DNA of 64,000 nt from Candidatus Dojkabacteria bacterium. Lineage in GTDB: Bacteria > Patescibacteriota > Dojkabacteria > SC72. The first letter of the stretch is position 1; each line of letters opens with the position of its first letter. Under the pieces are notes generated by a model. That model worked only from the letters and a program-made list of their open reading frames with translations, did no database searches and was not told the origin of the DNA. The stretch is taken from the NCBI GenBank assembly GCA_035271645.1, contig DATERJ010000008.1:1051-65050 (forward strand), read 5' to 3'. This document shows positions 17,764-26,092 of the stretch, piece by piece. The translations under genes were made by a program, and so were the position numbers.

Positions 17764-18951
17764 ATGCCCAAACAATATTTCTTTGAAGCTGGAACATTCC
17801 CAGACCTTTCATATACAGAATTAGTTACTGTTCTGACCTCTTTTGGCTATGGTAAAGAAGATATTACTAGATATGGAGATAGTATATTTCTTGTTCAGAA
17901 CGAAAAGCTTACAGATTTAGCAATTAGAAATATTTTCAAACGATTGGGAGGAGCTATTAGAGTAGGTGAGATAGTTGAGGATATTGATAGCTTCTATGCT
18001 GAATCTAAAAAAGAAGGTAAGTTTACTTTTGGTGTTAGTGTTTTAGGTAATACAAAAAGAGAAGACCAATCTTTTCTTAAGAAATTAGGTAATGGAATTA
18101 AAAGAGAACTTAAGGAAAGTGGTATATCATCAAGGTTTGTTTTACCAATTAGAAAGGATTACTCTCTTAATGCTGCACAGGTGATAAAGAATGAGATATT
18201 AGAGAAGGGTTTTGAATTGGTAATTATCAGAAACAAAGGTCAGGAGATATATGCTAGAACTATGGAAATTCAAGATTTAGAAGGTTTTGTAAGTAGGGAT
18301 ACTCAAAGGCCAGGTAGTAATCTTGAGATGGGAGTACTTCCACCCAAACTTGCAAGAATGATGGTTAACTTCACAGCTTTTTCTAGTGGCACAATCTGGG
18401 ATCCATTCTGTGGTTCTGGTACTATTCCAATGGAAGCAGCAGTTCTAGGTTTTAATTTTCTAGCCTCAGATATTGACCCAAGAGCAGTTGAAGATACAGA
18501 TAACAATGTTAAATGGTTGTACAAAGAGGGATATATATCTGAAACTCTCTACCAGACCTTTCGTTTTGATATTAAGAAACCAGATGGAGAAGTTGTTAAG
18601 AAACTAAAACATACAGATATTGATGCAATTGTTTGTGAACCATTTATGGGCCCACCTCAAACAAGAATCCTTTCAGAAAGTAAGGCTAAGGAGCTCTTAG
18701 ATGATGTAAAAGCATTGTATAGAAAGCTTTTTGAGTTGATAGATAACAGACTGGAGAAGAGGGGGATAAGGGTGGTAATGATAATTCCTTCATACAAAAC
18801 AGATAAGGGTTGGGTGACATTTGGAATTAGGGAATTAGTTGGGAAGAGATGGATTGTAAAGAATAATGAGTATTCTTTAGGTAGGGACTTGAAGTGGAGA
18901 CGAAAAAATAGTATCATTACCCGGAACATTTACATACTAGAGAGATCTTAG
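17764..18951 (+). CDS. RNA amino-methyltransferase (Trm11/TrmG10, UPF0020-like)
   Basis: LPPKLARMMVN, DPFCGSGTIPMEAA, SDID, DAIVCEPFMGP. Confidence 0.8.
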   Translation: MPKQYFFEAGTFPDLSYTELVTVLTSFGYGKEDITRYGDSIFLVQNEKLTDLAIRNIFKRLGGAIRVGEIVEDIDSFYAESKKEGKFTFGVSVLGNTKREDQSFLKKLGNGIKRELKESGISSRFVLPIRKDYSLNAAQVIKNEILEKGFELVIIRNKGQEIYARTMEIQDLEGFVSRDTQRPGSNLEMGVLPPKLARMMVNFTAFSSGTIWDPFCGSGTIPMEAAVLGFNFLASDIDPRAVEDTDNNVKWLYKEGYISETLYQTFRFDIKKPDGEVVKKLKHTDIDAIVCEPFMGPPQTRILSESKAKELLDDVKALYRKLFELIDNRLEKRGIRVVMIIPSYKTDKGWVTFGIRELVGKRWIVKNNEYSLGRDLKWRRKNSIITRNIYILERS

Positions 18952-18981
18952 TATGTGTATATAAGTTGAAATAAAGACTAG

Positions 18982-19242
18982 ATGGCAAAGGTTGCAGCAG
19001 GAAGTACAACATCAAACTACGGTAAAGTAGCTGGTAAAAGGCTTGGTGTAAAGAAGTTTGCAGGAGAAAGAGTTAAAGCTGGGAATATAATTGTAAGACA
19101 GAAGGGTTCTGTCTATCATCCTGGTAAAAATACATACATGAGTAAGACACATAACATCCATGCAAAGACAGATGGAGTTGTTGAGTTTAGAAGAATGAGT
19201 GGTATTAAGAGAAGCCAATACTTCATTGATGTGATAGAATAG
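18982..19242 (+). CDS. rpmA: 50S ribosomal protein L27
   Basis: KRLGVKKF.GE.V.AGNIIVRQKG...HPG.N. Confidence 0.96.
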   Translation: MAKVAAGSTTSNYGKVAGKRLGVKKFAGERVKAGNIIVRQKGSVYHPGKNTYMSKTHNIHAKTDGVVEFRRMSGIKRSQYFIDVIE

Positions 19243-19252
19243 TCATACGACT

Positions 19253-19999
19253 ATGGCAAAATCCAAATTTATACAAATTGAAAGCAAGAATGCTCTTTTA
19301 GAGTTGTTAAAAGAGGGTAGGGACTTTGAGAGAATATATGCTGTTAGTAGTGGTTTTAAGGATGAGAAGAGTAAGGAGATTTTTCAATTAGCAGGTCAGA
19401 AGAGAATCCCTGTTATTAAAGTTTCTAGGAAGGCACTTCAGAGAAGGCTTAGATCTTCTGCTGCGGAGAGTGTTGTTGGATTGATGTATTCGGAGAATGA
19501 TTGGAGTCTTAAAGAGCTTTTGGATACAATTTACAAGGAAGGTAAACAACCATTTTTCTTGATTCTCGATGACATTAAGTATACACAGAATGTCGCTGCT
19601 ATTATGAGAACAGCTTTTGCAGTTGGAGTTAATGGCATTATCATCAATCCACAAAAGAAGAGCATCATATCTGATGAAACTATACGTATCTCTATGGGTG
19701 CTGCAGAGAGAGTACCTCTTGTAGAGATGAAGCTTTTTGAGGCACTTAAGGTTCTTAGAGAGAATGATATTAAGACATATGCAGTACATATGGATGGAAA
19801 GCATTACTACGAAGAGAATCTCAAGGGTCCTGTTGCATTTGTATTAGGTGCTGAAGATGTAGGTATTTCTACTGGAATACTTGAGAGAGTTGATGGTTCT
19901 CTATCTATTCCAATGAGAGAGGGTATTGGGTCATTAAATGTTAGTGCAACTGCAGCAGTATTGGTATATGAGAAGCTAAGGCAGGAAGTTAGGGGGTAG
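19253..19999 (+). CDS. SpoU/TrmH family RNA methyltransferase (RlmB-like)
   Basis: LILDDI....NVAAIMRTA, VLGAEDVGIS, IPM.....SLNVSATAAVLVYE. Confidence 0.92.
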   Translation: MAKSKFIQIESKNALLELLKEGRDFERIYAVSSGFKDEKSKEIFQLAGQKRIPVIKVSRKALQRRLRSSAAESVVGLMYSENDWSLKELLDTIYKEGKQPFFLILDDIKYTQNVAAIMRTAFAVGVNGIIINPQKKSIISDETIRISMGAAERVPLVEMKLFEALKVLRENDIKTYAVHMDGKHYYEENLKGPVAFVLGAEDVGISTGILERVDGSLSIPMREGIGSLNVSATAAVLVYEKLRQEVRG

Positions 20000-20033
20000 T
20001 ATTAAAAAGTAATGAAATATCAACCTTTTCGAT

Positions 20034-20063
20034 TTGACATGGTGTCCATTTCTGTTATATAAT
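20034..20063 (+). promoter_or_regulatory. Consensus promoter with no downstream ORF
   Basis: TTGACA (20034-20039), 18 nt, TATAAT (20058-20063), between convergent genes. Confidence 0.7.
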
Positions 20064-20068
20064 TAAGT

Positions 20069-20130
20069 ATTAAATCCTCTATATCACTTAGGTGATAAAG
20101 AGCCAACGGGGGCTTCGGCCCCTTGTTCTC
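20069..20130 (+). ncRNA. Candidate small RNA with two hairpins
   Basis: CTCT-A-TATCAC-TTAG-GTGATA-A-AGAG and GGGGC-TTCG-GCCCC (cUUCGg tetraloop) directly after the promoter. Confidence 0.5.
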
Positions 20131-20142
20131 ACAATAATTTTC

Positions 20143-20997
20143 TTACAACAACTTCCCCATTAAATCTTCCAATTCATCTACAGTATTATATCTAATGATA
20201 AGCTTACCACCCTTAGTCATCTTCTGAATATGTGCTGTATATCCTAGTTTCTTACTTAATTGTTCTGCATACTTTGAAGTCTTTGCATCAGTTGTCTTCC
20301 AAATTCTTGTTGTAGAACCTTTACCGTATGTAATCTTTCTTACCAAAGCTTCTGTCTCTCTTACACTTAGTCCTCTTTTCATAACAATATCAGCAGCTGC
20401 AATTAATGATGTGTTATCCTTAATACCCATCAAAGCTCTAGCATGACCTTCACTAATTTTTCCATTCAAAACATCCTCTTTGACAGGGTCTGGAAGATTT
20501 AGGAGCCTCAATTTGTTTGTAATTGTAGTTCTATCAAACCCCATCTTCTTAGCAATCTCATGATGTGCAAGACCAAACTCATCTTGCATCTGTTTGTATG
20601 CATATGCCTCCTCAAGAGGATTTAAGTCCTTTCTTTGAACATTCTCAACAATTGCAATCTCTAACATCTGCTGAGGTGAACTATCTTTAATTACAACTGG
20701 AACTCCCTTCAGACCTGCTAATTGTGCAGCCCTCAATCTTCTTTCTCCCGCAATTAGATAGTAGGAGTCAGTTCCTTTCTTTCTAGTAATGATGAGGGGT
20801 TGGATAATGCCATGTTCTCTGATGGAATCAGCTATCTCTATCAACTCTTCAGGCTCCATATGCATTCTAGGTTGATATGGATTTGGCTCTATCTTATCAA
20901 TATCAAAATGCTCAACAAATGAACTATTGGTATTCTCAATCTCATTTGTGCTAATTAATGCAGCTAAACCTTTTCCTAATCTTGCTTTTTCACTCAT
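20143..20997 (-). CDS. parB: Chromosome partitioning protein ParB/Spo0J
   Basis: RLGKGLAALI, PNPYQPR, LIAGERRLRAA, ENVQRKDLNPLEEA. Confidence 0.97.
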   Translation of the reverse strand: MSEKARLGKGLAALISTNEIENTNSSFVEHFDIDKIEPNPYQPRMHMEPEELIEIADSIREHGIIQPLIITRKKGTDSYYLIAGERRLRAAQLAGLKGVPVVIKDSSPQQMLEIAIVENVQRKDLNPLEEAYAYKQMQDEFGLAHHEIAKKMGFDRTTITNKLRLLNLPDPVKEDVLNGKISEGHARALMGIKDNTSLIAAADIVMKRGLSVRETEALVRKITYGKGSTTRIWKTTDAKTSKYAEQLSKKLGYTAHIQKMTKGGKLIIRYNTVDELEDLMGKLL

Positions 20998-21014
20998 GTT
21001 TTTAAATTAAAATA

Positions 21015-21806
21015 TTAACTAAATCTTTTAATAAATTCGGTGGCAAGTTTTTTGTATGCCATTGCACCAGTAGACTTATCATCATATTGAAATATTGTTT
21101 GTCCATGAGAAGGAGATTCTGACAGTCTTACATTTCTAGGTACAACATTCTTAAATGCAACATCCTTAAAGAAATCTTTAACATCCTTTACAACACTTTC
21201 TGATAGTTTAGTTCTACTATCAAACATGGTTAAAATGACACCTCCAATTTTTAGCGATGGATTAACACCCTTAATCAATTTTGTAGTCTCAATGAGTTGT
21301 CCTAGGCCCTCTAAAGCGAAATATTCACACTGTATTGGAATTAACAACTTATCTGCAGCACAAAGAGCATTGATTGTCAGTAATCCTAAAGATGGAGGAC
21401 AGTCAATTATCACATAATCAAACTTCTCATTCATTGCCCCAAGAGCTTTCTTTAGTAATGTTTCCCTTGCTATTACATTGACCATTTCAATCTCTGCTCC
21501 TGCGAGAGAGAGATGAGAAGGTACGAGAAAAAGATTTTTAGTAGATGTACTGACAAATACCGAAGAGAGAGGTTCTTTATCTATCAGAACATCATATACA
21601 CTCTTGTACGGTGCTTCATCTGTTGAATTCCAACTGTCTTTATCAAACTGCTGGGTAAATCCAAGACCAGATGAAAGATTAGCTTGTGGATCTAGGTCAA
21701 TGAGTAGGACTTTTTTACCCTTCATGGCAAGTGCAGCACCTAAGTTCATAACTGTTGTAGTCTTTCCGACACCACCTTTTTGATTTGCAACAACAAAAGT
21801 CTTCAT
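21015..21806 (-). CDS. parA: Chromosome partitioning ATPase ParA/Soj
   Basis: NQKGGVGKTT, DLDPQAN, IDCPPSLGLLT, QCEYFALEGL. Confidence 0.97.
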   Translation of the reverse strand: MKTFVVANQKGGVGKTTTVMNLGAALAMKGKKVLLIDLDPQANLSSGLGFTQQFDKDSWNSTDEAPYKSVYDVLIDKEPLSSVFVSTSTKNLFLVPSHLSLAGAEIEMVNVIARETLLKKALGAMNEKFDYVIIDCPPSLGLLTINALCAADKLLIPIQCEYFALEGLGQLIETTKLIKGVNPSLKIGGVILTMFDSRTKLSESVVKDVKDFFKDVAFKNVVPRNVRLSESPSHGQTIFQYDDKSTGAMAYKKLATEFIKRFS

Positions 21807-21838
21807 ATATTTAGCTTAACATGTTTCACACAACTTTG

Positions 21839-22444
21839 CTATATCGCATATTCCTCATGTTTGACCAATCTAAACACATTGAAAGGATAGTAAACAATCC
21901 AAGCTTTACCTTTAATATCCTTAACATCAATTGGTCCAAAAGCTCTAGAATCGGAGCTATGAGGTCTGTTATCCCCACATACAAAATATCTCCCCTGAGG
22001 TACATTTACAGTTTCTCCCTCCTTTAAAAACTCACCTCCATTTGTATATACACTATCACTTAGATAGTTTGATTCGTCTAAAAATTGACCATTAACATAC
22101 AACTTTCCATCCTTTAGCATAACGGTATCTCCGGGTAGTCCAATGATTCTTTTGATAAAGTCTTGAGTATCAGAATACTTAAAGATGATAACATCTCCTC
22201 GCTTCGGTTCAGCGAATTTGTACAAAATCTTGTTTGCCATTAGATATTCCCCATTCTTGTATGTTGGGTGCATAGAGTTACCAACAACTTCGTGTGGAGT
22301 CATTATGAAAAGGTAGAGAACAACAGAGATTACTAATGCTACGATAATAGTTTCTAAGAAAGAGAGTATGAATTTACCAATTGAACCAAATACTGATGAA
22401 ATTTTCTCTCCCGTTGTTAATATTTCTTCTTCTTGTTCGTACAT
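21839..22444 (-). CDS. lepB: Signal peptidase I
   Basis: SMHPT, IKRIIGLPGD, GDNRPHSSDSR. Confidence 0.96.
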   Translation of the reverse strand: MYEQEEEILTTGEKISSVFGSIGKFILSFLETIIVALVISVVLYLFIMTPHEVVGNSMHPTYKNGEYLMANKILYKFAEPKRGDVIIFKYSDTQDFIKRIIGLPGDTVMLKDGKLYVNGQFLDESNYLSDSVYTNGGEFLKEGETVNVPQGRYFVCGDNRPHSSDSRAFGPIDVKDIKGKAWIVYYPFNVFRLVKHEEYAI

Positions 22445-22488
22445 TGTAATGGCAGTTAAAATATTATCGAATTAATCTAATTAAAAGT

Positions 22489-23211
22489 CTATTCCAATGT
22501 TGTATCCTTGTCAATTTTTTCTATATTGTACACATCATCAGCACTTTGTTCTAAGGAAATTTTCTCTCCCAGAAATGTTGGTTCTGGTTTTAACTGTGTA
22601 GAGAAGAAATCCTTGGTTTGGGCTAGAAACTCCCTACTTACACGAGCTGTATGTCCACTTAAGATATTCTTTGTTGCATTAACTCCTACAACATCGATAT
22701 CCATAGAGTTAGCGATGTATATGGCACGATAGAGGTGGTATTCTTGGGTGACAATAATCATCTTAGATATACCGAAGATATATTCTGCTCTGTATATACT
22801 TTCGTATGTAGAAAAACCTGCATAGTCCATGAAGATATCTTCTGAAGGAACTCCTTGCTCAAAGGCATATTTTCTCATAGCGCTAACTTCATCGTAATGA
22901 ATACTTCCATTATCACCACTCATTAGTATCTTTGGAGCAACACCTTCATTGTACAAATATATTCCTGTATCTAATCTTTCTTTAAGAATTGGAGTAGGGT
23001 ATCCTTTAATTATACCTCCACCAAGTATTAGTATTGCTTGATATCCATCATTACCACTTTCTGCAAGTTGTTCTTGGGTATATATTTGTGGTTTAGTACT
23101 CTTTTCGACATGAAGGTGAATGGAGAAAAGAGATGTTAAAGAAAAAAAGAATACAGCGATGATTCCGATTAAGAAAAACCTTAATTTTGGTTTAGTTTGA
23201 GAATGTTCCAT
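22489..23211 (-). CDS. SanA/YdcF (DUF218) family protein
   Basis: ILGGG, L.ERLD.G..LY..G, MSGDN, DYAGFSTYESIYRA, VTQEYHLYRA. Confidence 0.9.
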   Translation of the reverse strand: MEHSQTKPKLRFFLIGIIAVFFFSLTSLFSIHLHVEKSTKPQIYTQEQLAESGNDGYQAILILGGGIIKGYPTPILKERLDTGIYLYNEGVAPKILMSGDNGSIHYDEVSAMRKYAFEQGVPSEDIFMDYAGFSTYESIYRAEYIFGISKMIIVTQEYHLYRAIYIANSMDIDVVGVNATKNILSGHTARVSREFLAQTKDFFSTQLKPEPTFLGEKISLEQSADDVYNIEKIDKDTTLE

Positions 23212-23213
23212 AT

Positions 23214-23483
23214 TTACGTTGTCTTCAATTTGTTTCTCTCAATTGCTTGGATTATTTCTTTTAGTTTTTCTTCCAACAATTCTTTATCTATCAATCTTAA
23301 TTTGTATTCTGATACCATTGTTGGTGACAATGTTCTACTGATAGTATATTCTACAACTTTTGCGTTTTTACTGGAACATAGTATAACACCAACACTAGGG
23401 TTTTCATTGTTACTCCGACCCAATTGTCGTACCAGTGGTGCGACTTTTCTAGATTCCTCATTCTCATTGCTTTTTGAATTCAA
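23214..23483 (-). pseudogene. YhcG/DUF1016 (PD-(D/E)XK nuclease domain) remnant, internally deleted
   Basis: Mid-protein motif KVAPLVRQL joined directly to C-terminal ENPSVGVILC.SK...VVEY...RTLSPTMVSEY; only 89 aa; next to a tRNA 3' end. Confidence 0.75.
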
Positions 23484-23548
23484 TATGTCACCTTTTACTT
23501 ACCAATGAAAAACAAGCTAATAATACAATCCTGTTTAGAATTTTTGAG

Positions 23549-23624
23549 TGGTACCGCTACGGGGAATCGAACCCCGGTTTACAGGATGAAAACCTGTTGT
23601 CCTAGACCACTAGACGATAGCGGC
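23549..23624 (-). tRNA. tRNA-Glu(TTC)
   Basis: Reverse complement folds as a cloverleaf; ACAGG-TTTTCAT-CCTGT anticodon arm, GGTTCGATTCC, encoded CCA. Confidence 0.97.
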
Positions 23625-23666
23625 ATATCGGAGTAATTCTACTATAATTATGATATTTTGTGAAGG

Positions 23667-23909
23667 CTACCAAGACTTACCCTTCGCAATGTTATTTATT
23701 AACTGTTGTTCCTCTGCAAATGTTGCTCTTTTGAATCCAGCTAATTCCTTCTCATATACATATCTTCTCTTACATTTACACTCAACCATTATTCTGTTTT
23801 CAGAAAGATTTCCTAACTTCTTTGCTTTTGTTAATGGGTATGTACATCCTACACAGAGTTTACGCTCTAGGAGTACATCTTGAAATGGCCTTATTATTTT
23901 CTTAAACAT
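23667..23909 (-). CDS. Small putative Zn-ribbon protein
   Basis: CVGC...CKCKRRY; start moved to MFKK, 8 nt after TGA-TAGAAT. Confidence 0.7.
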   Translation of the reverse strand: MFKKIIRPFQDVLLERKLCVGCTYPLTKAKKLGNLSENRIMVECKCKRRYVYEKELAGFKRATFAEEQQLINNIAKGKSW

Positions 23910-23977
23910 ACTTAGGTATTCTATCATATATTAAAAAAAATTGGTTAACTTATAGTGTAGCTTTTTCTTTTGTATGT

Positions 23978-23986
23978 TGGTATAAT
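23978..23986 (+). promoter_or_regulatory. Extended -10 promoter of orphan cassette 2
   Basis: TGG-TATAAT (TGn-TATAAT). Confidence 0.65.
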
Positions 23987-24015
23987 GCGGATGTATATTC
24001 ACATTTGTGGATTAC

Positions 24016-24028
24016 GATCTTTAAAAAC
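24016..24028 (+). promoter_or_regulatory. boxA-like motif preceded by a 5' hairpin
   Basis: GATCTTTAAAAAC resembles rrn boxA (G-[C/T/A]-TCTTT[A/G]AAAA); hairpin GTA-T-ATTCAC-ATTT-GTGGAT-TAC at 23993-24015. Confidence 0.6.
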
Positions 24029-24050
24029 TTACGAAAAAGGAGAAAATAGA

Positions 24051-24338
24051 ATGATGACTATTTCAAAAGATCAAGCTTTTGAACTTAAGGTGTGGGATTG
24101 TATTCCTAATCACATAACCAAGTCCTGTGTCTGTGAAGATATTACAGATAAAAGAGCATGCTTAAGGGATATAAGATGGTTGATTTATATTGCCAATATA
24201 CTTCAACAACCACAACCAACTTTTTATCGAATAGGTAATCAATGGGGGGTTGAGATTCCAGCAGGGTTGAATGATGAAGATGCTGAAGGTGTGTACAAGT
24301 TTATCTTAGGCATTGACAAGGAGGATGAAGGAGAATGA
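24051..24338 (+). CDS. Hypothetical protein, 95 aa (start reassigned to the SD-led ATG)
   Basis: AAAAAGGAG 8 nt before ATG at 24051; no family recognised. Confidence 0.75.
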   Translation: MMTISKDQAFELKVWDCIPNHITKSCVCEDITDKRACLRDIRWLIYIANILQQPQPTFYRIGNQWGVEIPAGLNDEDAEGVYKFILGIDKEDEGE

Positions 24339-25261
24339 AAATGAAAATGAAAAAACAGGCTAAGTACAGGGTAAAGTATTTTACAGATGATTTAGAGGAT
24401 ATTCTTCAACTTTTGGTTGAAGAAACTATCATTGATCAACATGCAAAGTATACTGATTATGATGGTATCTTGATTGTTGCCAAACCAGGTGATACTGTGA
24501 AATCTTTGCGAATGCAATACTTCACAAAATGTAATGAAAAGATTCTTCGTTATTACCAAAGTGCTAGGGATGAGAGTATCCAATATCGGAATATGAAAGC
24601 GTTAAAGGCATTAGAAGAAGATGATGATATTGAATATCTTCTTGTACAAGCTTCTGCTAAGAAAAGACGTAGAGAACAACAGAAATATCGTTTACGTACA
24701 TATCCAAGGGATTGTATATATGATGTTGTGAAGGAATTTGCTCGACACCTTCAGACAGTTCAGCATCCTATGTATTTCTTTCTGAATGATGTTCTTGTTG
24801 TAGGCTATCCAGGAGATTCTGAGAAGTCACTTTATCTACAATATAAGCAGAAGAGAAAAGAAGTTTTCCAAAAATATATAGAAAGTGCAACACATATGAG
24901 ATATCTGTATCTTTATAATTTGGAAAGGAGCAAACGAACCAAAGAACGTCAATTTATTCGAGGATTAATTCGTGATGAAGAATTCCAAATTAAGACAGGT
25001 AAGGAGACAGAGTATGAGGAGCGCATGAATGGACACACTACTCTAGTACTTAAATATGCTGACAGACTTGCACGGGCTTTACAGGTCCGAATCCGAGAAG
25101 GATTGGAACTGGGAGAGGCTCTTGGTGAACTTCTGCTGGTATGTGATTGGGATTTAATTTTGACCGAAGATATGGTGCATCGTGTCTTTGCGATTCTTAA
25201 AGATTATTGGAAGTATGGAGATGTACTTGCTAATTGGTTGGAAACTCCTTTAGAAACGTAA
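24335..25261 (+). CDS. Hypothetical protein with internal duplication
   Basis: ATGA overlap and GAAGGAG SD; two copies of KYR...QH..Y.....L.V..PGD..KSL..QY. Confidence 0.8.
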   Translation: MKMKMKKQAKYRVKYFTDDLEDILQLLVEETIIDQHAKYTDYDGILIVAKPGDTVKSLRMQYFTKCNEKILRYYQSARDESIQYRNMKALKALEEDDDIEYLLVQASAKKRRREQQKYRLRTYPRDCIYDVVKEFARHLQTVQHPMYFFLNDVLVVGYPGDSEKSLYLQYKQKRKEVFQKYIESATHMRYLYLYNLERSKRTKERQFIRGLIRDEEFQIKTGKETEYEERMNGHTTLVLKYADRLARALQVRIREGLELGEALGELLLVCDWDLILTEDMVHRVFAILKDYWKYGDVLANWLETPLET

Positions 25262-25272
25262 GTTTTAACCAC

Positions 25273-25352
25273 AAAGCACCAAAAGAGGTGGGATATGTAT
25301 ACTTAATGTATATTTTAATATCTCTACTACCTCAATTGGTGCTTTTTTCTTT
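25273..25352 (+). terminator. Long imperfect hairpin plus U-tract after cassette 2
   Basis: AAAGCACCAA/TTGGTGCTTT, GAGGT/ACCTC and GGGATAT/ATATCTC nested stems followed by TTTCTTT. Confidence 0.75.
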
Positions 25353-25499
25353 AAGTATTTAAAAGAAAAACTGTAATTTTAGAGAACAAAAAGATATAGC
25401 TTGAAAATTAAGAGGAAATTTTTGCGTAAATGTTTCAGCTTGTAGTAAGAATGTATATAAAGTATAATTTACAATATCTAACCTTTTAAAATTGTTACT

Positions 25500-26069
25500 A
25501 TGGCACCTACAATAGAACAGTTTCTAGATAATTATTTAAAAGCAGATGAACAGTTATTTGAATATGTTTGTGGTACTCTTGTGTCTAAGGCAGATAATGA
25601 GTATAAGAGGTTTAAAGAGCTAATTCCCGAGGACGAAATAGATGTTTTGCACGAGATGCCTTTGGCTTTGGCACTAGAAAAGTTAAAGACTAAAGGTATT
25701 ATGTATGAAATACCTTGGAGTGGTGAGACTATGGCTTGGGGTTGTGAGCATATAGTATTATTAAAAAACAGGGAAAAAGGTGACCTTGTACATTTAGGTG
25801 TTACCTTAGATGCCGAAACTTTTGAAGAAGTTTTTCCTAGGCTTTTTAACCAAGTTGATTTTACTGTCTCAGAAAAATCTTTTGATGAAGATTGGAATCC
25901 AGATAATGGTTTTGTGCAATATGATGGTACAAAGTATATCGTTGATTTAGATATAACCAATACATCACTTGGGTATGATTTAAGGATTACAGAAGTTGGT
26001 AAAACAATGGCATTAGCTGCTCAAGCTTGTGGAGAACAGAGTTCATTAGATGATGAAAATGGAGATTAG
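25500..26069 (+). CDS. Hypothetical acidic protein
   Basis: 189-aa ORF, no family recognised. Confidence 0.7.
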   Translation: MAPTIEQFLDNYLKADEQLFEYVCGTLVSKADNEYKRFKELIPEDEIDVLHEMPLALALEKLKTKGIMYEIPWSGETMAWGCEHIVLLKNREKGDLVHLGVTLDAETFEEVFPRLFNQVDFTVSEKSFDEDWNPDNGFVQYDGTKYIVDLDITNTSLGYDLRITEVGKTMALAAQACGEQSSLDDENGD

Positions 26070-26092
26070 AGGAATTCTTTAGTATAAATAAT

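Larger units (their letters stand above)
24024..25266 (+). repeat. Long-range inverted repeat bracketing cassette 2 (arms 24024-24042 and 25245-25266)
   Basis: AAAACTTACG (24024-24033) / CGTAAGTTTT (25257-25266) perfect, plus AAAGGAG (24036-24042) / CTCCTTT (25245-25251). Confidence 0.75.

Noticed and set aside
21821-21837. TGTTTCAC upstream of parA as a parS site
   Set aside because: Only the left half of TGTTTCACGTGAAACA matches; the right half (ACAACTTT) does not.
23970-24050. ORF-track start at 23970
   Set aside because: It runs through the promoter and leader; the SD-led ATG at 24051 is better supported.
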